Shown here: in pieces, positions 10,544 to 20,050 of the stretch
How the letters are laid out: the number at the start of each line of letters is the position of its first letter
Numbering within the stretch: the first letter of the stretch is position 1
DNA from: Polyangia bacterium
Lineage (GTDB): Bacteria > Myxococcota_A > Polyangia > JAAYKL01
Assembly: GCA_050287845.1 (NCBI GenBank)
Contig: JBNKCR010000071.1
Coordinates: forward strand, 1 to 64,000
Direction of reading: 5' to 3'
DNA: 64,000 nt
Position numbers and translations under genes: made by a program
The notes under the pieces: generated by a model
Database searches by the model: none
What the model was told of the DNA's origin: nothing
What the model saw: the letters and a program-made list of their open reading frames with translations, nothing else

Positions 10544-10700
10544 CTTTTCGAACAAAAATTAACCACATTCAGTTTTGTTCAGCGATTACGGTTAGTTATC
10601 GTTTGATCTTATTATATCTTAATACGATTCAGTATCGGTTGAATCTCAAAACGTTCATTTCAACCAATTTTTTCCGCGACGTTTTTTTTGTAGCGATTCT

Positions 10701-10766
10701 GTCATTCCCGCATGGATTGGGAATCCAATTTGCGCTGCTGGATGCCTGATTTCCCGGGCACGATGG
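10701..10766. repeat. Degenerate REP-like palindromic element
   Basis: GTCATTCCC-N9-GGGAATCCA followed by TGGATGCCTG...GGGCACGA. The antisense translation gives 'PIHAGMT', the AGMT signature of this repeat class. Confidence 0.6.
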
Positions 10767-10850
10767 GTAGTTTCAAAACTGGGTTTCAAACACTGCTGAT
10801 TCGTCTGGGTTTTCAGGATTCGAAGCTGAAGATTCTCTTTTTGAACGCTG

Positions 10851-13800
10851 TTACATGCACTTGTACGCGCTGTCGGTGTCTGCAGAGCAGTGATCGCTGG
10901 AGGTGTCGGTATCGCATTCGCCGCAACCGCTTCCGCAGAATCTGTCTGACGTGCAGCTCTGGCATCCCTTGAGAGACCCGGCGCATCTTTCGTTGGCCGC
11001 ACAGGCAACCCCTTCGCTGCCGCAGTTGGCATCGGTATTGGCCTCTTCGCAGGTTCCCCCGTTACACCAGAAGTTATCGGGGCACTCATCGCTGGTGGTG
11101 CAGGTCATGTACATTCTGCAGCAACGGAACCCGAGATTTTCCAGTCGATAGTTTGTAGCAGAACCATCGGCTGCGGAGAAGTCGAAGTCGCAGGTCAGGC
11201 CGGATGCCAGATCGTTGTACGAACCACCACGAATGTCGTACAGGGTTGTGCCTGTGCCGAGAACGCTGGCCGTGGCGGTCCATTCTTCGAGGTTGCCGGA
11301 AAGATCCATGACATCGGCTTCCACTGCGGGACTGACCACCGGCCATTCCGCACTGCATGCGCTCAATTGAGCTGCGGCTCTGGTGGCGATGTCGCTGTTG
11401 GCGATGCCGTAATCCCGGCCGTTGCATGTGAGCGGCGCATACGTGTCACTGTAGGGATACGTGGTCGAAGAGGCGCCTCCGTCCATGCAGGCGTATTCCC
11501 ATTGCTGCACCGTGCACAAATCCCAGCATCCTTCGGTTGATGTGGCGCAATCCGAGGGGTTGAGCAACTGACATGCCGCTCTGGCATCTGCGAAGTTCAC
11601 ATAGGCCCAGGGCATCACATTCGGAAGAGAACAGGCAGTGGTTGATACATCACCGGCATCAGAAATAGTGGCATCCCCGCGGGAGGCCTCATATTTGAAC
11701 ATGTCAAAATACAGGGGCGTTCCAGCGCCGTTTGTATAAGAGACCCGAACATAGTCCACCGCCCCATTGGCCTCTTCATCCACTGTACCATCGCAGTCGT
11801 CATCAATACCGTTGGGTATGGACAGTTCCGCAGGTTCCGCATGGAAGTCGGAGTCCACCAGATTGATTTCATGGGTGGGATCACAGACCGCAGTACTCGG
11901 ATTGGATGGATCGCAGCATACGGTCGCGGCCCCTGCGTTGTCGCAGAGGTATTTCCCGGAACGCAGACAACCACCCACCGGACTGAGGCTGGCGTTGGAG
12001 CAACTGCCCCCCAGCGGATCAGTATCCGTGGACTCAAAGAACGACTCGTCCACCACGCCGTCGCAGTTGCCGTCGATACCGTCACAGACCGCTTCGGGAA
12101 CGGACGGATGGGGCGCGCTGTCCGTATCACATTCGAGACCGCCCACACCGCAGGTATAATTGCATACCCAGTTGCCACTCACACAGGTGGCGGCGCTGGA
12201 CATTCCCGATGGACACAGGGGCTCGCAGTATCCCGGATACGTCAGGCCTTCATCCACCTCACCATCGCAGTCGTTGTCGATATTGTCGCAAATTTCCGCG
12301 GACGCATCCTCGTCTGCCACACCGTCACAGTCATCATCCACGTCAATCAGTGATCCACCGGAGCATTTGTCACACTCCGAATCTGTATCGCAGACCGCAT
12401 TCACCTCGCATTCACAGCCGTCCGAATCCACGCCGTTGATGTTGAAGTATCGATTTGTATCGGTGCAGCTCTTGATGCGACATGTGCCGCCGGAGCAGTA
12501 GTACTCCGCCACGTTGGGCGCGTTATCGGTGTCGGCCAGCAGGCTGGCGCAGGCGAAGTTGCAGTCACCGCAGCGGAGTACATTGTTGTTCATCTGGAAA
12601 TCGTCATCAATCACACCGTCACAGTCATTGTCCACGCCGTCGCAGGCGGTTTCCGCGCTGGCATGGGTGTAGCAGTCCGTATCCGAACCGCAATCCACGC
12701 CGGCACCGGAGTCATATTTGCATTTCCATCCACCACTGCCGGTACACACCGCGGTGGTGGTGCCCGGACAACTGTCGCATGCCAGGCTTACCGGTGTTTC
12801 GATGACCATGTCCGAATCCGCACCATCAATCAACCCATCGCAATCGTTATCCACCCCGTCACAGATTTCAATGTCGTCGCCACCCACTTCGTTGCAGTAC
12901 ATTCCCGATGGACCGCATACGTAGAAGCCTTCCTCGCATTCACCGGCGTCAGTACCATCGCAGGACTGATAATACGTGGCCTCTCCAGCGCCATTGGGTG
13001 TGGCGGGATTGCAGTCTTCATCGGCCGCGGCCGAATCGCAGAGATCCGGAGTGGGTGAGGTTTCGCCCACACAGGTAATGGTGCCATCCAGACATTGCAA
13101 CTCACCATCATTGCAGGGCGGTCCACAGGAGCGGTCGGAATCTGTATCCGCATAGAATGCGTCCTCATCCACCAGACCATCGCAGTCGTTGTCGAGATTG
13201 TCGCAAATATCCAGGTGTTCGGTGTCAGACGCGTTTGGTTTGACGTCGCCACTGCAAATCATTTCCGTATCATTGCACGTGAAGGTGCCTGCCTGACAGA
13301 TGCCTTCGCTGTACGGATCGCAGCCGTTGTCGGTGTCGTTGCACGGATTCCCACTGGAACCGCCACAAAGATACGTTTCGACTTCGTCCACAATGCCATC
13401 ACAGTCATCGTCCACGTTATTGCAGGGAGTATCCGTGGTGGGGACTGAGAAGTTTGCGCAACTGATGGCTCCGCTGACACATTGGGTGGTATGAGCTGCA
13501 CAGGCGCCTAGACCGCAGGCCACATTCAACCGGGAGTCATTGACCTCGATGTTGTTGCCGTTGGCGTCTTCCGATGCAACTTCATCGGTCAGTCCATCGC
13601 AGTCGTTGTCGAAACCATCGCATCGTTCAAGTCCTGAAGATACCGCACCCACGCATCCGGTATCGGTATCATACACCGCCTCTGATGTGCCAAGTGCCGC
13701 GGAGATGCACGGCGCCAGACCACTCTGACAGGACCCTTCGTCCGGATTGGCCCCCGACGCGCCACCGCAGGAAATGGAAAGAAACTCGTCAATCAGTCCA

Positions 13801-16800
13801 TTGCAGTTGTTGTCCACGCCATCGCAAACCTCCAGCTCCGGCAACTGATATCCGGTACAGCGGAGCGCTCCGTCGGCGCAGGTGATGGTGCCGGCTGAAC
13901 AGATGCCACTGCAATCGGTGTCGCCATATGGCTCGCTGCAGCCGCTCGATCCTGCCGGATAACATGCCGCACCGGCATCGGGATCGGATTCATCCACGTT
14001 GCCGTCACAGTTGTTGTCCACAAAGTCACATACTTCCTCCTCATCGGGCGAGCCGTCGCAATAATACTCGCAACCGTCGGTGGCGCCGTTCGTTTTGTCA
14101 TACCAGTGGGCGTCACAGGCTGCCATGGTACAGACGCCTGCCACACAGGTGGCCGATGCGTGATTGAACAGACAGACGTTGCCGCAGTACCCACAGTTTT
14201 TTGGATCGGTCATGAAGTCCACATCTTCGTCGAACTCAAAGTCGCAGTCGTTATCCTGGGGCATGTAATTGTCGTTATCCGGATCGGCAGAGGTCGCAAT
14301 GCCATCGCAGAGGTCGCCGTTATCCTCTTTGTCTGCAGTGGGCTTACAATAGTGTTCGCATCCATCTTCGATGTCGCTGTTCTGGTCGTGCCAATAGGTT
14401 TCGCAGGCCTGCATGGCGCAGACGCCGGCCACACATGTGGCGGAGGCATGACTCATGCTGCACACATTGTTACACTCGCCGCAGTTGAATGGGTTGGTGG
14501 TGAGATTCGCACAGAAACCGATGCCCAATGCATTGGTGCAGCAAGTTTCATCGGTGGAGCATTCGTCGCATCCCCCGGAGGTGTCCGTGGTATCTGAATC
14601 TGAATCCGTTGAAAGCGAATTGCTGTCCGTTCCGTTGAGCGATGAATCCGACGAACTGGAATCATCGGTTCCCTGAGAGGTGCCGGTATTGCTGTCCGTA
14701 CCACCACCGTTCGTAGATGTCTTTCCATTTTCGGTTCCGTCGTCGGCGCCTTCAAATTCAAACGGATCCACCTGGCAGCCGAACAGGAACAATGCCACCA
14801 GAAATACCATTGCCGTAAATCCGGCATTCACAGTTTTCTGTGATCTTTTTCGCCATCTTCTCAACATCACCATGCCTCCGGCAAGCAGCATCAATATCCA
14901 TGCACTGTGATTGGTGGGCGTCGCCCCCGGTGCAACGCTGCACATACAACCGCCCGCACCGGTGGAAAGAATCCGATCGATTCCTTCGTAATTGATTGGC
15001 TCCGTCCCGGTATCCGTGGCGGTTGCTCCGCTGTCGGCAGAATCATTCCCATTGCTGGAATCAGTGTCTCCGGAATCGGAGTCACGGGCGCCGGAACTGG
15101 TATCTGACGATGGATCTGTATCTGTGTTGCCGGCGACGAATCCACCATCGGCATAACACGAACCGTCCACACACACGGTGCCATTGGGACACACCACATT
15201 GGTGCAAGTGTCGAAAACGCAGTCGCCATCCCGGCACACTTCGTAGAATTCACATGGCACTCCCTTGCAGGGGTTGGTCAGATTGGAATCACATTTGCCC
15301 GTTGTGGCGTTGCACAACACGCCGGTTGTACAGATCACCCCGGCACAGGGGTCATCGGTGACGCAGACGCCATCGCGGCATCCCTGGCCTTCCGGGCATG
15401 TCACCTCGGCGCAGGTGTTCACGCAGATGCCACTGGTGTTGCAGTACTGCCCTTCTTCGCAGGTAACATCCGCACAGGGATCGCTCACGCACTCTTCGCA
15501 GGGTTCCGCCGTACACATTGCGATGGGCACACATACTTTGTCGTCATCGCAACCGTCGGTCATGCATCCTTCACCCGCACTGATTTCGTGACACCGGCCA
15601 CCATCAGCGGCCACGCACACACTGCCTTCGGGGCAAACCTTGCTGTAACAGACGTCCACACACAGCGCAGACAATGTGTCACAACGGCAGGGAGGCTCAA
15701 ATCCCATTCCCGGCGTGCAATAATATTCGTTGAACGCGCAGGGCAACGCATCCGGTCGAGTGACATCACACAGGGTGGATATGCATCCTTTGGAACCATT
15801 GCCCAGATCAGTGCATTCCTTTCCTGCGGGGCATTGAAATTCTCCGTCGCCACAGGGTTCCGCACAGGTACCCTCAATGCAGGAACTGCCTTCCATGGGA
15901 CATTCAACTTCTTCGTTTTCGTCCACCAGTCCATCACAGTCGTTGTCCAGTCCATCACACACTTCATCGGTGGGACCGGGCACATTGCACACCCAGTCTC
16001 CGGCCACGCACTCGTAGTTGCCCACAGTACACTCCCCGATTCCCTCGGGATATTGCGTCTGCAGCGCCGGATCCACCATCCAGTTGGGCGCACGGGAACA
16101 CGTGTCTCCCGATGGAATCTCTTCATCCACCAGCCCGTCACAGTCGTCATCCAGATTGTTGCACTCCTCTGTGGTGCCGCCGGTTCCACCGTCACAGATG
16201 ATTTCGAATCCATTGATTGCAGGTGCATCGGTACTGCCGGTTTCCACGCATTTGTACACACCGGGCTCACACACTCCCAGATACGATCCGCATGGGGCGC
16301 CAACCTGGGCGATGTCTTCATCCACCAGCCCGTCGCAGTCGTTATCCAGACCGTCACAGACCTCGAGCTGAGAAACCGTGGGGACTTCGCAGATACCGAA
16401 TGTATTCCATTGGTCGGCATCACAGCAGTTCAGTCCGAGTTCGCCGTTGAGCTCCGTGCATTTGAGAACGCCCTGGGGACATTCGCCAACGGCTTCCTGA
16501 CATACCACCACGCTGTCAAAATCCTCATCTGTCAAACCGTCGCAGTCGTTGTCCAGACCATCACACGTCTCCAGAACCGGCTTGACCGAACCGTAGCATT
16601 CCGTGGTGTAACTCCCATCGATGCAGTAGTCGTAGCCCACTTCACATTCGCCGGCCGCCGGTTGGCCATTAATGCAATCCCAGTCCGTATCCACACCGAA
16701 CTCACAGCCACCGCACGAAACCGGGGCGATGCCGTCATCGGCGATATCATTGCAGTTTTCATCCAGACCGTTGCATACCTCGGTCTGCACTTCCCCTCCT

Positions 16801-19685
16801 GTGCACACCAGCTCATAGGCGCCAATTTCATCCAGGTCGATGGCATCGTTCCGGACGCATTCATAAATGCCGTCGCAGGAACCGCACGCTTCGCCGATGA
16901 AAGAAGATTGCGCATTGGCCAGCAGGTCATCCGCTTCGCTGTCTTCGTAAATACCGTCGCAGTCGTCATCCAGCCCGTTGCACAGTTCCGGGGATGGTCC
17001 CCGGGCGCCCTGGCAGGGTCCCCATGTGGCCGGATCCTCACTGTCGGTATCGGGGCTGCAGTATCGGATACCAAAGGCGCATTCTCCCTGTCCATATGCC
17101 GCGCCGGGGAATGCGGAATCGGTATCGATGGGATCTCCGCAGGCATCCACAATGCCTTCGTCAATCTGATTATTACAATTGTTGTCCAGGTTGTCGCATA
17201 CGGCGCCTTCCGACACCGGAGCCGTGTAACCCGAACAGGTGATGGCGCCATTGACACAGGCAATCTGCCCCAGTGCGCATTCCCCATCGCAGGCGCCGCC
17301 GGTATCCGGATCGGGGGAATCACAACCGCTCAGTCCGTCGGGATAGCAGTAGTCGCCAATGGATGCGTCCTGAAGATCTGCGGATTCATCTATCTGACCG
17401 TCGCAGTCATCGTCTTTACCATTGCAGGTTTCGGCCGTCGGACCCTGGGAATTCACGCAATTGATGTACACCGGACTGCCTGGCGTGGAGTTGTCCGGAT
17501 CGCATTCGCCAACTCCCACACGGCATTCCCCGGCGCCGGGGTCGGTGTCAATACAATCCCATTCCGTATCCACACCCACCACGCAACCACCGCAGGCGCC
17601 ATACAGGCCTTCATCCACCTCGGTATCACAATCGTTGTTGTATCCGTCGCATACTTCCACCGCCGGTTTCACCACCGGTGATGCGCCATCACCCACGCAC
17701 ACCATTCCGCTTTCGGCCTGACATTGCAGCGTACCCCGATTACACAGGGATGTACCGCCAACCACCCATGCATCGGCGCCACTGGGACAGACGGTGCCTT
17801 CCACCACGTCTTCATCGTCGGTGCCGTCGCAGTCATCGTCCAATCCATTGCAGACACTGTCATCCGCTGCGGCCGATTCTTCTCCCGCACAGCCGAGCAC
17901 ACCGTTCACGCAGTTGCGGACACCGGCCACACAAACGCCTTTGCAGTTGGTGCCATCCGGATCGCATCCGCTATCTGTGTCGCTGTAACAGCTTTCTCCG
18001 GCTTCAGGATACGTTTCATCCGTGTCGCCGTTGCAGTTGTCATCCAGTCCATTACAGGTCTCGGTGGTACCGGAGGAACCGCCGACGCATTGCCATCCAC
18101 TGGAATCCACACATGTCATGATGCCCGGAGAGCAGATACCCTGCGAGTTGCCGCAGGTGTCCCCTTCGAGGCCGTAGTTGTCCGTATCCGAATTGTCCGC
18201 TTCATCAATGAGACCGTCACAGTCGTTGTCCACGCCGTCGCACTGTTCCACATTGGGGCCAATATAGTTCACGCAGGTTTTGCCATCGCCCCCCTGGATA
18301 CACGCCCATGTGCCTACATTGCAAGGAGCGAGTACGGCATCGCTGTCGGTGAACTGGGTCTGAATATACGCAGGTGCATCCGTATCCACACAGGGCTGTC
18401 CGAAATCCGGGTCTTCATTGGCACTCCAGGCGCCATCCGCCGGCGCCTCGTCAATCTGGCCGTCGCAGTTGTCGTCAATGCCGTCGCAGATCGTTTCTCC
18501 CGGATCGGTGCAGACCAGGGTGTAATTGGGGTTGCTGTACGCGGTGGAGTCGGTATCCACCCACGGGGTAGCGGTATTGAGCACATCGTGAACGTCGCAC
18601 CACGGACCAATCACGCCTTCGTCAATATCGCCATCACAGTCGTCGTCCAGATAATTGCATTCTTCAAACGCCAGCGATTCACTCACAATATAAAACAGCG
18701 CAGCCGTCAGGGCTTCCTGGGAGTTGGCGGTAAACGCCGACCCGTAGTTATTGGGGTCATAGTGCCGGCCACCGGCAGTGGCCATGCTGTTCAACGTAGT
18801 GCTGGAATACGCAAGTCCGATTACCCATGTATCGATTCCGTCGCCGTAAATATCGGTCACACCGGCAACCGGATCCTGATCCCAGTCCGCTTCGCCATCC
18901 GTCAGTACAACAACAGTGTACTTTCGACAGGAGCGATAATCATCCAGTCCATCGGTTTCATTCCGGAGGAGATTCAGATATGACCTTGCCGCGATCAATG
19001 CGTTTTCAAGAGGCGTTCCGCCATCAGCCCTGAGTTCCTGTTCCCGACTATCATTCCATGGTCCCGGATAACTGGAAGTATCGGCCTGCCCGGTACCACT
19101 CCCGTACTCGTGATGGTCCATCCACATCGCCACTTCCGCGCGATCATTTTCCGTATTCACATCACGCCATGTGTTGAGATCAGTTCCCAGCACATCATAA
19201 TCGCCAAATCCCACCGCAAGGTAGGTGCGCCAGTCAGTGAATGAGGAGATGCCATTGTAGCGAAGCACATCGTAAGAACCATCCACTTGATTGTTCCGGT
19301 ATTGGTTTGATACATAGCCGGAAGTTGGCTGTAATGTTGAGTAGTCCTGTGCGAATTTCAATAACGCAAACTCAATTTCGCCTGATGCGTTCAGCATTTG
19401 CGTCATGGCTTCCTTCGCGGCATACAGACGTGAGGCTGTGCCACCGCCATTGGCCGTTCCGGGGCAACAGTATCGACTGTTCGTCCACAGTTCCGAAGTA
19501 CCGTCTCCGCGGGTGTTGGAACCGGCGAAATTCCAGGCCATACTCCCCGACGTATCAAACACGATAAGGATTCTGGGTTTAATCTCATACAGTGTCTGCG
19601 CGCTGGCGGTGCTGGTGAGAAGCCAGAAGGTTGCTATCAGAATTACGGACAACAAAATTGGTTTGATTCGTGAAGAATGCATCAA
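10851..19685 (-). CDS. Giant exported Cys/Asp-rich protein: signal peptide, vWA, 14 CDGxDNDCDG (MopE-related) repeats, MYXO-CTERM-like signal, internal lipoprotein signal, ~13 further repeats with NCGxCxxxC units, FGE-sulfatase/SUMF1-like domain
   Basis: MIDAS VFDTSGSM...GGTPL...VLTDG; GAGGCMCSV-TM-RRWRKR at ~aa 1576-1614; LFGC lipobox with Cys at aa 1637; DLSGNLEEW, RGGSY, LGFRCC near the C-terminus. Probable start is ATG 19682, 6 nt after AAGGAG. Confidence 0.9.
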   Translation of the reverse strand: MMHSSRIKPILLSVILIATFWLLTSTASAQTLYEIKPRILIVFDTSGSMAWNFAGSNTRGDGTSELWTNSRYCCPGTANGGGTASRLYAAKEAMTQMLNASGEIEFALLKFAQDYSTLQPTSGYVSNQYRNNQVDGSYDVLRYNGISSFTDWRTYLAVGFGDYDVLGTDLNTWRDVNTENDRAEVAMWMDHHEYGSGTGQADTSSYPGPWNDSREQELRADGGTPLENALIAARSYLNLLRNETDGLDDYRSCRKYTVVVLTDGEADWDQDPVAGVTDIYGDGIDTWVIGLAYSSTTLNSMATAGGRHYDPNNYGSAFTANSQEALTAALFYIVSESLAFEECNYLDDDCDGDIDEGVIGPWCDVHDVLNTATPWVDTDSTAYSNPNYTLVCTDPGETICDGIDDNCDGQIDEAPADGAWSANEDPDFGQPCVDTDAPAYIQTQFTDSDAVLAPCNVGTWACIQGGDGKTCVNYIGPNVEQCDGVDNDCDGLIDEADNSDTDNYGLEGDTCGNSQGICSPGIMTCVDSSGWQCVGGSSGTTETCNGLDDNCNGDTDETYPEAGESCYSDTDSGCDPDGTNCKGVCVAGVRNCVNGVLGCAGEESAAADDSVCNGLDDDCDGTDDEDVVEGTVCPSGADAWVVGGTSLCNRGTLQCQAESGMVCVGDGASPVVKPAVEVCDGYNNDCDTEVDEGLYGACGGCVVGVDTEWDCIDTDPGAGECRVGVGECDPDNSTPGSPVYINCVNSQGPTAETCNGKDDDCDGQIDESADLQDASIGDYCYPDGLSGCDSPDPDTGGACDGECALGQIACVNGAITCSGYTAPVSEGAVCDNLDNNCNNQIDEGIVDACGDPIDTDSAFPGAAYGQGECAFGIRYCSPDTDSEDPATWGPCQGARGPSPELCNGLDDDCDGIYEDSEADDLLANAQSSFIGEACGSCDGIYECVRNDAIDLDEIGAYELVCTGGEVQTEVCNGLDENCNDIADDGIAPVSCGGCEFGVDTDWDCINGQPAAGECEVGYDYCIDGSYTTECYGSVKPVLETCDGLDNDCDGLTDEDFDSVVVCQEAVGECPQGVLKCTELNGELGLNCCDADQWNTFGICEVPTVSQLEVCDGLDNDCDGLVDEDIAQVGAPCGSYLGVCEPGVYKCVETGSTDAPAINGFEIICDGGTGGTTEECNNLDDDCDGLVDEEIPSGDTCSRAPNWMVDPALQTQYPEGIGECTVGNYECVAGDWVCNVPGPTDEVCDGLDNDCDGLVDENEEVECPMEGSSCIEGTCAEPCGDGEFQCPAGKECTDLGNGSKGCISTLCDVTRPDALPCAFNEYYCTPGMGFEPPCRCDTLSALCVDVCYSKVCPEGSVCVAADGGRCHEISAGEGCMTDGCDDDKVCVPIAMCTAEPCEECVSDPCADVTCEEGQYCNTSGICVNTCAEVTCPEGQGCRDGVCVTDDPCAGVICTTGVLCNATTGKCDSNLTNPCKGVPCEFYEVCRDGDCVFDTCTNVVCPNGTVCVDGSCYADGGFVAGNTDTDPSSDTSSGARDSDSGDTDSSNGNDSADSGATATDTGTEPINYEGIDRILSTGAGGCMCSVAPGATPTNHSAWILMLLAGGMVMLRRWRKRSQKTVNAGFTAMVFLVALFLFGCQVDPFEFEGADDGTENGKTSTNGGGTDSNTGTSQGTDDSSSSDSSLNGTDSNSLSTDSDSDTTDTSGGCDECSTDETCCTNALGIGFCANLTTNPFNCGECNNVCSMSHASATCVAGVCAMQACETYWHDQNSDIEDGCEHYCKPTADKEDNGDLCDGIATSADPDNDNYMPQDNDCDFEFDEDVDFMTDPKNCGYCGNVCLFNHASATCVAGVCTMAACDAHWYDKTNGATDGCEYYCDGSPDEEEVCDFVDNNCDGNVDESDPDAGAACYPAGSSGCSEPYGDTDCSGICSAGTITCADGALRCTGYQLPELEVCDGVDNNCNGLIDEFLSISCGGASGANPDEGSCQSGLAPCISAALGTSEAVYDTDTGCVGAVSSGLERCDGFDNDCDGLTDEVASEDANGNNIEVNDSRLNVACGLGACAAHTTQCVSGAISCANFSVPTTDTPCNNVDDDCDGIVDEVETYLCGGSSGNPCNDTDNGCDPYSEGICQAGTFTCNDTEMICSGDVKPNASDTEHLDICDNLDNDCDGLVDEDAFYADTDSDRSCGPPCNDGELQCLDGTITCVGETSPTPDLCDSAAADEDCNPATPNGAGEATYYQSCDGTDAGECEEGFYVCGPSGMYCNEVGGDDIEICDGVDNDCDGLIDGADSDMVIETPVSLACDSCPGTTTAVCTGSGGWKCKYDSGAGVDCGSDTDCYTHASAETACDGVDNDCDGVIDDDFQMNNNVLRCGDCNFACASLLADTDNAPNVAEYYCSGGTCRIKSCTDTNRYFNINGVDSDGCECEVNAVCDTDSECDKCSGGSLIDVDDDCDGVADEDASAEICDNIDNDCDGEVDEGLTYPGYCEPLCPSGMSSAATCVSGNWVCNYTCGVGGLECDTDSAPHPSVPEAVCDGIDGNCDGVVDESFFESTDTDPLGGSCSNASLSPVGGCLRSGKYLCDNAGAATVCCDPSNPSTAVCDPTHEINLVDSDFHAEPAELSIPNGIDDDCDGTVDEEANGAVDYVRVSYTNGAGTPLYFDMFKYEASRGDATISDAGDVSTTACSLPNVMPWAYVNFADARAACQLLNPSDCATSTEGCWDLCTVQQWEYACMDGGASSTTYPYSDTYAPLTCNGRDYGIANSDIATRAAAQLSACSAEWPVVSPAVEADVMDLSGNLEEWTATASVLGTGTTLYDIRGGSYNDLASGLTCDFDFSAADGSATNYRLENLGFRCCRMYMTCTTSDECPDNFWCNGGTCEEANTDANCGSEGVACAANERCAGSLKGCQSCTSDRFCGSGCGECDTDTSSDHCSADTDSAYKCM

Positions 19686-20050
19686 GGTCTCCTTGAGGTT
19701 GAGATGAGCGCCATTACGCGGTTCATTTACTTCTCTAACGGAGAAAACCTCCGTGAATTAATAGTTGACCCGGGGTTTGTGAATTATGGAAAATATATGA
19801 TTTTATTGAAGAAATCGGTGTGTCTTGTCCTACCCACGGTGTACGGGATGACCTTGTGAATATCGGGATTAATTGAATTCGTTCAGCTTTTTTTTCAAGA
19901 CGCGCTCAACGCCGGTTTCATGGGCGGATTGTCATCGACTGGTTGGTGGTGATGGTTTCGGTCGGTGCAAATGAAAATAATGAAGGTCCATTCATCGGCT
20001 CGTACCGTGCGGGTTATTGCTATCGGCAGAATAGGTGCCAGAATGAAAGT

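Noticed and set aside
10655..11089. 144-aa minus-strand ORF overlapping the end of the giant gene
   Set aside because: An off-frame overlap running through the REP-like element (AGMT signature); no coding evidence.
11110..11300. FGE/CLec domain as a diversity-generating retroelement target
   Set aside because: I found no second copy (template repeat) of the RGGSY...LGFRCC region and no reverse transcriptase in the window. A remote DGR elsewhere cannot be excluded.
15588..18983. Long antisense ORFs (697 aa and 419 aa) opposite the giant gene
   Set aside because: Shadow frames of repetitive GAC/TGC-rich coding sequence (repeating 'VAVVIQ'); no RBS or domain signal.
19686..20050. c-di-GMP riboswitch upstream of the giant gene or the cyclase
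   Set aside because: No recognisable GEMM consensus by eye; an Rfam scan would be decisive.
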